DNA of 59,395 bases. Origin: an uncultured Oscillospiraceae bacterium (lineage in GTDB: Bacteria; Bacillota; Clostridia; Christensenellales; Aristaeellaceae). Shown here piece by piece: positions 53,781 through 59,395 of the stretch (position 1 is its first letter; each line of letters begins with the position of its first letter). The stretch lies in contig CAYTPJ010000001.1 of assembly GCA_964439755.1 (NCBI GenBank), positions 1 through 59,395 of the forward strand, read 5' to 3'. A model generated the notes under the pieces. It did not search any database and was not told the DNA's origin. It saw only the letters and a program-made list of their open reading frames with translations. Both the position numbers and the translations under genes were made by a program.

Positions 53781-53808
53781 AAAAGAAGGCGAATGTTCGC
53801 CTTCTTTA
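53781..53808 (-). terminator. terminator after glyQS
   Basis: Stem AAAGAAGGCGA / TCGCCTTCTTT (11 bp, 4-nt loop). A short T-run follows on the minus strand. Confidence 0.65.
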
Positions 53809-53836
53809 AATTTTTACAACTTTTTTAGTAAATTAT

Positions 53837-55222
53837 TCAAAATTCCATCTTTTTTTCAATAAATTCTCTTAAACGAGAAATTTCAACACGTTCTTGTTCC
53901 ATCGTGTCACGGTCACGCACTGTGACAGTGCCTGTTTCTTCTGTTTCAAAGTCCACCGTGATGCAAAGAGGGGTACCAATTTCATCTTGACGGCGATATC
54001 TCTTACCAATGGACCCTGTTTCGTCATAGTCAATCATGAAATGCTTGGATAATTCTTGATAAATTTCAGTGGAAAGCGCACCCAACTTGTTCTTTTGAAG
54101 GGGGAGCACAGCTGCTTTAAAAGGAGCGAGCGCAGGGTGTAAATGCATCACAATGCGTGTGTCTTTTTCCAACTCTTGTTCTTCATATGCGTTGCAGAGG
54201 AAAGCAAGGGCTACACGGTCTGCACCCAGTGAAGGTTCTACAACATAGGGCACAAACCTTTCATTTGTGATGGGGTCTAAATATTCCATATTTTCCCCAG
54301 ATACTTCTTGGTGACGTGACAAGTCGTAGTCCGTTCTATCTGCAACGCCCCAAAGTTCGCCCCAACCAAAGGGGAAAAGGTATTCAAAGTCTGTGGTGGC
54401 TTTAGAATAGAAGGAAAGTTCATCTTCGCCATGGTCACGCAAGCGCAATTTTTCTTCATTTAAGCCAAGATGGAGCAACCAATCACGGCAGAAAGAACGC
54501 CAGTAGTTAAACCATTCAAGGTCCTCACCTGGTTTACAGAAAAATTCAAGCTCCATTTGTTCAAATTCACGAATTCTAAAAATAAAGTTACCAGGGGTAA
54601 TTTCATTTCTAAAGGACTTACCAATTTGAGCGACACCCATGGGCAACTTTCTGCGTGTGGTGCGCACAATGTTTTTGAAGTTCACAAAAATACCTTGAGC
54701 AGTTTCAGGGCGCAAGTAAATTTCGTTGGAAGAATCTTCTGTAACCCCTTGATGTGTTTTAAACATGAGGTTGAATTTTCTAATGCCTGTAAAATCCTTC
54801 TTTTTGCAAGTGGGGCAGATGATGTCATGTTCGTCAATGAACTTTTCATATTCTTCATTGGACCAGCCGTCTGCTTGGATTTCCATGTTGTTTTCTTGCG
54901 CATAATCTTCAATGAGCTTGTCTGCTCTAAAGCGTGATTTACATGCTTTGCAGTCCATCAAAGGGTCATTAAAAGTGCCCACGTGGCCAGATGCTACCCA
55001 CACAGTGGGGTTCATCAAAATAGCACTGTCCAACCCTACGTTGTACTTGCTTTCTTGTACGAATTTTTTCCACCACGCTTTTTTTACGTTGTTTTTAAAT
55101 TCAACGCCTAAAGGGCCATAGTCCCACGAGTTGGCAAGCCCACCATATATTTCACTTCCGGGATAAATAAATCCACGACTCTTTGCTAATGCTACGATTT
55201 TGTCCATTGTTAGATCTGCCAT
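53837..55222 (-). CDS. glyQS: glycine--tRNA ligase (single-chain alpha2 type)
   Basis: 461 aa. Motifs include [49 protein letters not shown] (class II motif 2) and the anticodon-binding tail. Confidence 0.95.
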   Translation of the reverse strand: MADLTMDKIVALAKSRGFIYPGSEIYGGLANSWDYGPLGVEFKNNVKKAWWKKFVQESKYNVGLDSAILMNPTVWVASGHVGTFNDPLMDCKACKSRFRADKLIEDYAQENNMEIQADGWSNEEYEKFIDEHDIICPTCKKKDFTGIRKFNLMFKTHQGVTEDSSNEIYLRPETAQGIFVNFKNIVRTTRRKLPMGVAQIGKSFRNEITPGNFIFRIREFEQMELEFFCKPGEDLEWFNYWRSFCRDWLLHLGLNEEKLRLRDHGEDELSFYSKATTDFEYLFPFGWGELWGVADRTDYDLSRHQEVSGENMEYLDPITNERFVPYVVEPSLGADRVALAFLCNAYEEQELEKDTRIVMHLHPALAPFKAAVLPLQKNKLGALSTEIYQELSKHFMIDYDETGSIGKRYRRQDEIGTPLCITVDFETEETGTVTVRDRDTMEQERVEISRLREFIEKKMEF

Positions 55223-55260
55223 TTGTTTTGCCTCCTTGTTTTTTATAACAAATCCCTTGT

Positions 55261-55290
55261 ATCATACTCTATTTTAGAGCATTTTGTCAA
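55261..55290 (-). promoter_or_regulatory. candidate glyQS promoter embedded in the loop of the upstream terminator-like hairpin
   Basis: On the minus strand: TTGACA (55285-55290), an 18-nt spacer, then TATGAT (55261-55266). It is flanked by the 10-bp inverted repeat CCCTTGTATC / GATACAAGGG. Confidence 0.5.
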
Positions 55291-55342
55291 GGATACAAGG
55301 GAAAAATATCAAACTTTTTTGTATATTTTTAAGATAGAGTAG

Positions 55343-56239
55343 TTATTCGCCGTAAATGCCCAAGAGTGCAATGCCAACAACAGTGATGAAGATGGCAATG
55401 TAGTGCTTGTACGTGAGTTTTTCCTTGAGGAAAAGCCTGCTCCACACAACGGACAATACACAGTAGGAAGAAATGATGGGTGCAGCCACTACAGCGTTGG
55501 AGGCAATGGCATAAATATAGGCAAATTGCCCTGCTGTTTCGCATATACCAGCCAAAAGCTTGGGCCCTTCACGCTTTACTGTGAGCTTTTCTTTTTTGAT
55601 GAGCACAACGTAAATGAAAGAGAGAACGCCCATTACAAGGAATGTAAGCTCATAGGCAACGTTGGCAGAGTCTTCATTCAAAGAATCTAAAATCAGATAG
55701 TCAGCCACTGTGCCTGCTGCATCAATCAAGCAATAGCACACAGGCAGTAAAATAGCAACCAAACTACGCACATATTTTCTGTTGCTGTCCTTTTGCCTTT
55801 CGATGCGAGATTCGTCACTTTCTGTGTATTCCACAATGCCAAGCAACAACACACCTGCACATACAACAATTACAGAAACTGCTTGCATACCCTGCATTTT
55901 TTCTCCAAAAAACAAAAGCAAGAAGATAGAAGCAACTGCGCCAGAGCCGTTGCAAATAGGAGAAGATACGGACAATTCGATGTAGCGAAGCCCAATATAT
56001 CCAAGCACCATAGCGAGAATATACAATATAGAAGCAGGTAAATATGTCCATATAACGCTCCATGAAATGTCCACACCATTTACAAAAATTTCATACATGG
56101 CATGTAAACCCATGACAAGGCCAATCGCCATAACCATTTTAAAATGACTGTTTTTGTCGTCAGCTTTGGAGCCGACCTTGCTAAATACGTCAGAACCACT
56201 CCAGCAGAAAAGGGCAATCAATGAAAACCAAAACCACAT
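55343..56239 (-). CDS. EamA/DMT family transporter
   Basis: About 298 aa with 10 TM segments and a duplicated EamA pattern. The second ATG (56237-56239) is preferred on SD spacing (GAGGAAG-N6-ATG). Confidence 0.75.
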   Translation of the reverse strand: MWFWFSLIALFCWSGSDVFSKVGSKADDKNSHFKMVMAIGLVMGLHAMYEIFVNGVDISWSVIWTYLPASILYILAMVLGYIGLRYIELSVSSPICNGSGAVASIFLLLFFGEKMQGMQAVSVIVVCAGVLLLGIVEYTESDESRIERQKDSNRKYVRSLVAILLPVCYCLIDAAGTVADYLILDSLNEDSANVAYELTFLVMGVLSFIYVVLIKKEKLTVKREGPKLLAGICETAGQFAYIYAIASNAVVAAPIISSYCVLSVVWSRLFLKEKLTYKHYIAIFITVVGIALLGIYGE

Positions 56240-56438
56240 GTACATCTTCCTCTTTTTCTAAAGTCTTGAAAAAACAAACGATAACAATTATATAGGATAT
56301 TTGCATATCTGTAAAGAGCAAAAAGGAAAAATTCTTTATTTGAGGCATTTTTATGACCAAATTGATGTAAAACGCATAAGATTTTCTTTTTTTGGAGATA
56401 CAAATTATGTCTAAAACATATGGAAAAGAGGGAAATGT

Positions 56439-57116
56439 ATGTCCGTTGGATTGATATTGCTGATTGTATTGTCTGCACTTGTGCTCTTGGGAGTGTTGCA
56501 ACGAGTGCTGGACAAAATGGGTTTGAGCGATCGAAGTGCGCTCTTATTTGCTTTTTTGATATTTGCAGGGAGTTTTCTTCCAAACATACAGATTTTTAAT
56601 GTGAAAATCAATGTGGGTGGCGCTATTATTCCTTTTATATTGTGCATCTATCTATTTATACATGCAGACACAAAAGGAGAGTTTTGGCGCAGTATATTAG
56701 GGAGTGTTGTGACAGCAGGGGTCATATTGCTCTTTTCGAGCTTTTTGCCCAGTGAGCCTACTGCGATTACATTAGACCCCAATTACATTTGGGGCATTAT
56801 AGGGGGTATTGTGGCATACACCATTGGCAGGTCAAGGCGAAATGCCTTCATTTGTGGTACATTGGGTGTGCTCTTGTCGGATATATTTGTAGGTGTGTTA
56901 AACGCTGTGAATGGTGTTCAGCAAAGTGTGGTATTAGGGGGTGCAGGGGCACTGGATGCAACAGTTATCAGTGGCATCATCGCTGTGCTATTGGCTGAAC
57001 TGATAGGGGAAGTAATAGAACGCATGGCACGAAAAGAAACCCCAAAAGAAAGCTATGTGCATACGCCTGTGCACCACCATACAGTAGAAAAAAAGGAAAA
57101 GGAGGGCAGGAAATGA
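56439..57116 (+). CDS. DUF1614-like integral membrane protein
   Basis: 225 aa. N-terminus MSVGLILLIVLSALVLLGVLQRVLDKMGLSDRSALLF, then INVGGAIIPFILCIYL. It has a 4-nt overlap with spoIIP. The family call is from memory. Confidence 0.55.
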   Translation: MSVGLILLIVLSALVLLGVLQRVLDKMGLSDRSALLFAFLIFAGSFLPNIQIFNVKINVGGAIIPFILCIYLFIHADTKGEFWRSILGSVVTAGVILLFSSFLPSEPTAITLDPNYIWGIIGGIVAYTIGRSRRNAFICGTLGVLLSDIFVGVLNAVNGVQQSVVLGGAGALDATVISGIIAVLLAELIGEVIERMARKETPKESYVHTPVHHHTVEKKEKEGRK

Positions 57117-58216
57117 AAAAAATAATATGTTGGAGCTTTTTGTTTGTCTGTGTTTTGTGTACGGTAAATATAGGGTATGGCGAAGCGTTTGAACAGGTGT
57201 ATACTTTGCTCAATGAACAAAATGCATATGTGTCTTCTTATTTTGGCTTACCTCAAATTGAGGATGAATATATTGATCATAACAATGTGCATTATTTGAT
57301 TGAACACGTAAACGAAGAAAGGAAAACAGCGCATTTAAAAGAAATTGGTAAAATAACATTACCCGATGTTTCCTTTTTATTTGAGAAAAAAGAAGTGCTC
57401 CCTGCTTCTAACACACAAAAATCCATTGCTGTATACTGTACACACAGCGATGAAAGCTACAAGCCGTCAGACGGTACAAGCAGTGTAAAAGGCAAAGGGG
57501 GCATTGTAGATGTCGCCAAAAGTTTAAAAAACACGTTGGAGGACAAGGGCGTGGAAGTGTTTTTCAGTGAAGAAACGCATTATCCACACGATGCAGGTGC
57601 ATATAGAAGAAGTAGAATGACGGCGGCAGAACTGCTCAAAAATAATGTGGATGCCATCATTGACGTGCACAGAGATGGTATTCCAGACCCAAAATCTTAT
57701 CGAACGAACATTCATGGGGACGACACTGTAAAAGTGCGTTTAGAAGTGGGTAAAGCCAATCAAAATTCTGCTGTCAATAAAGAGTTTGCCCTGAAAATAA
57801 AAGCAGTGGCAGATCAAAAATACAAAGGGTTGATTAAGGATATTTACATGGGCAAAGGCACGTATAATCAAGACCTTGCGCCCAACGCTATACTGTTTGA
57901 AATAGGTACGTATACAAACACAAAAGAGGATGCTAAAAAAGCTTCTGCTTACATGGGGGATGTACTTTTTCAAACACTCTATGGAGATGTAAAAGGGCCT
58001 GCGCCTGTCAATAATGTAGAGGAATATGCACCAAAGGAAAACAAAGAAAGCAAAGGAGCATGGACGGGGATATTATGGGTGATTGTGGTGCTCGTTGTAG
58101 GCGTGGTCGTGTTTGCCCTTGTGTCCAGTGGCAGTTTAAGAGGGGGCGCAGATAAAACAGGCAGATCCTTTAAAGAGATGTTTGGTGGGCTTTTTGGGAA
58201 ACACAAAGATGAGTAA
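57113..58216 (+). CDS. spoIIP: stage II sporulation protein P
   Basis: Signal/anchor sequence followed by SpoIIP amidase-fold motifs: IAVYCTHSDESY, VDAIIDVHRDG, ILFEIGTYTNT. It has a C-terminal TM segment. Confidence 0.85.
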   Translation: MKKIICWSFLFVCVLCTVNIGYGEAFEQVYTLLNEQNAYVSSYFGLPQIEDEYIDHNNVHYLIEHVNEERKTAHLKEIGKITLPDVSFLFEKKEVLPASNTQKSIAVYCTHSDESYKPSDGTSSVKGKGGIVDVAKSLKNTLEDKGVEVFFSEETHYPHDAGAYRRSRMTAAELLKNNVDAIIDVHRDGIPDPKSYRTNIHGDDTVKVRLEVGKANQNSAVNKEFALKIKAVADQKYKGLIKDIYMGKGTYNQDLAPNAILFEIGTYTNTKEDAKKASAYMGDVLFQTLYGDVKGPAPVNNVEEYAPKENKESKGAWTGILWVIVVLVVGVVVFALVSSGSLRGGADKTGRSFKEMFGGLFGKHKDE

Positions 58217-58253
58217 AAATTTGTAAAAAAAGTGTTTTTAGGGGTAAAAAGCA

Positions 58254-58282
58254 TTGACAAATAGACAAAAATATGGTAATGT
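58254..58282 (+). promoter_or_regulatory. sigma-A-type promoter of the uracil permease leader
   Basis: TTGACA (58254-58259), a 17-nt spacer, then TGgTAATGT (-10 at 58277-58282). Confidence 0.6.
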
Positions 58283-58438
58283 ATCGAAGGTAAGTCTTTA
58301 AGACGGTACAGAGAGACCGACAAGAGGCTCAAGCATGCTTTTTGCATGGCTTTGTTATGCTGTTGAACTTGTCGCTCTTAGGGCGGCAATTTTTTTTGAA
58401 AAGACTTACGAACGCATTTTAAAGTGGAGGGTACACAT
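58283..58438 (+). promoter_or_regulatory. transcription-attenuation leader, PyrR-binding-loop-like
   Basis: A hairpin presents GGUACAGAGAGACC (58305-58318), compared with the PyrR loop consensus ARUCCAGAGAGGYU. A second hairpin spans 58331-58352. An intrinsic terminator spans 58369-58397. The SD GGAGGG lies at 58427-58432. Confidence 0.45.
58369..58397 (+). terminator. leader (attenuator) terminator upstream of the permease ORF
   Basis: 7-bp stem TTGTCGC / GCGGCAA (one G-U pair) with a 7-nt loop, then eight T's (58390-58397). It lies 42 nt before the start codon. Confidence 0.65.
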
Positions 58439-59395
58439 ATGAAACTCATTTACGACGTCAACCAAAAACCACCCCTCAAACAGAACTTAGTGTTTGCACT
58501 TCAACAATTGCTTGCCATCATTGCAGCAACCATTCTCGTGCCTTTGCTCGTCAACATGAACGGCAATGCTGAAACCCCCATCATGAGTCAGTCCGCAGCG
58601 CTCGTGGGCGCAGGTATGGGTACACTCACATACATGTTTTTTACAAAAGGCAAAAGCCCTGTGTTCATTGGCAGCTCTTTCGCTTTCATCACACCCTTGT
58701 GCAGTGCTGTCGCTTTTGGCTATTTTGGTGTATTTTTGGGCGCAATATTTGCAGGCCTTGTGTACGTGTTCATTGCTCTGATCATCAAAAAAACAGGCTC
58801 TGGTTGGGTCAACAAACTGCTTCCTTCTGTTGTAGTAGGCCCTACGGTTGCCATCATCGGTTTATCCCTTTCAGGCAGTGCCATCAACAACCTCAACAAC
58901 ACTGCTGCTGGTACATATAATTTAATCCACATTCTCTGTGGTTTAATCACATTTGGTGTAACGGTATTTGCTTCCATCAAAGGCAAAAAGATGTTCAAGA
59001 TGATTCCTTTCATCATTGGTATCTTGGCAGGCTATGCAGTGGGCAGTGTGTTCACATTCTTCGGCAATACATTCGGTGTGGATTACCTCAAAGTAGTGAA
59101 CTTTACAGCCCTTCAAAATAACTTTGCACCCCTCACTTTTGAGAGCTTCTTCTCTGTACCTAAGTTGACCATGCTCGGCATGTTTAATGAAGGTATAGAA
59201 AAAATGACATGGTCAGGCGTGCTTGAAATTGCCATTGCCTTTGCTCCTGTTGCATTCGTTGTGCTCGCAGAGCATATTGCAGACCATAAGAACTTGTCTT
59301 CCATCATTAACCGTGACTTAATCACGGATCCCGGCCTTGACAAAACTTTGTTGGGGGATGGTGTAGGCTCTATCGTAGGCTCTTTCTTCGGTGGT
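58439..59395 (+). CDS. uracil/xanthine permease (NCS2 family), N-terminal 319 codons; continues past the right edge
   Basis: My own translation from the ATG at 58439 reads MKLIYDVNQKPPLKQNLVFALQQLLAIIAATILVPLL...GSSFAFITPL...LPSVVVGPTVAIIGLSL...EHIADHKNL...LLGDGVGSIVGSFFGG, which carries the UraA/PyrP signature segments. It is open to the window end, so it is absent from the ORF track. Confidence 0.85.
   Translation, partial: MKLIYDVNQKPPLKQNLVFALQQLLAIIAATILVPLLVNMNGNAETPIMSQSAALVGAGMGTLTYMFFTKGKSPVFIGSSFAFITPLCSAVAFGYFGVFLGAIFAGLVYVFIALIIKKTGSGWVNKLLPSVVVGPTVAIIGLSLSGSAINNLNNTAAGTYNLIHILCGLITFGVTVFASIKGKKMFKMIPFIIGILAGYAVGSVFTFFGNTFGVDYLKVVNFTALQNNFAPLTFESFFSVPKLTMLGMFNEGIEKMTWSGVLEIAIAFAPVAFVVLAEHIADHKNLSSIINRDLITDPGLDKTLLGDGVGSIVGSFFGG

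Noticed and set aside
55223-55342. T-box leader upstream of glyQS
   Set aside because: The intergenic region is only 120 nt. I found no T-box consensus (AGGGTGGTACCGCG-like) or specifier-loop architecture, only a promoter-like element inside a hairpin.
1-59395. tRNA, rRNA, CRISPR arrays, IS elements or integrases
   Set aside because: Intergenic regions are short (mostly under 150 nt). The longer ones (25.5-25.9, 32.5-32.7, 39.3-39.6, 58.2-58.4 kb) show promoters and leaders rather than cloverleaf-like GC-rich segments or regularly spaced repeats. No transposase-like or recombinase-like ORF is present. This was a by-eye scan only; tRNAscan-SE or Infernal would be definitive.

Overview
This is a 59.4-kb chromosomal window from a low-GC, endospore-forming Firmicute, probably Clostridia-like (spoIIP, class II nrdJ, single-chain glyQS, strong AGGAGG Shine-Dalgarno (SD) sites, many ATGA start/stop overlaps). 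I support about 45 protein-coding genes. I recognised no rRNA, tRNA, CRISPR array or transposase.

Most of the window is housekeeping:
- A MATE efflux pump.
- A YesM/YesN-type two-component system with an orphan solute-binding lipoprotein.
- hemW and glgB.
- A complete Pho unit: pstS divergent from a translationally coupled pstC-pstA-pstB-phoU-phoP-phoR string.
- secA and prfB (prfB has no programmed frameshift), tsaD and nrdJ.
- asd-dapA-dapB, apbE, glpK, glyQS and spoIIP.
- A uracil/xanthine permease behind an attenuator leader.

The accessory part lies at about 13.8-25.6 kb:
- One 2433-aa three-domain cyclic beta-1,2-glucan-synthase-like protein.
- Three tandem genes (97, 440 and about 338 aa) with no signal peptide. 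All three end in the same roughly 65-residue helical module (invariant AL..TAL.HILNAEGEKIQ) followed by a short Cys-rich tail. I cannot assign this module to a named family.
- A stand-alone TcdE-type holin plus an NlpC/P60 peptidoglycan hydrolase, convergent with the three genes and with no other phage genes in the window.

I consider this module-protein plus holin/hydrolase locus the best candidate for an undescribed system. It could be holin-dependent export or a disulfide-crosslinked spore-surface assembly. All functional calls rest on reading motifs by eye; no database search was run.
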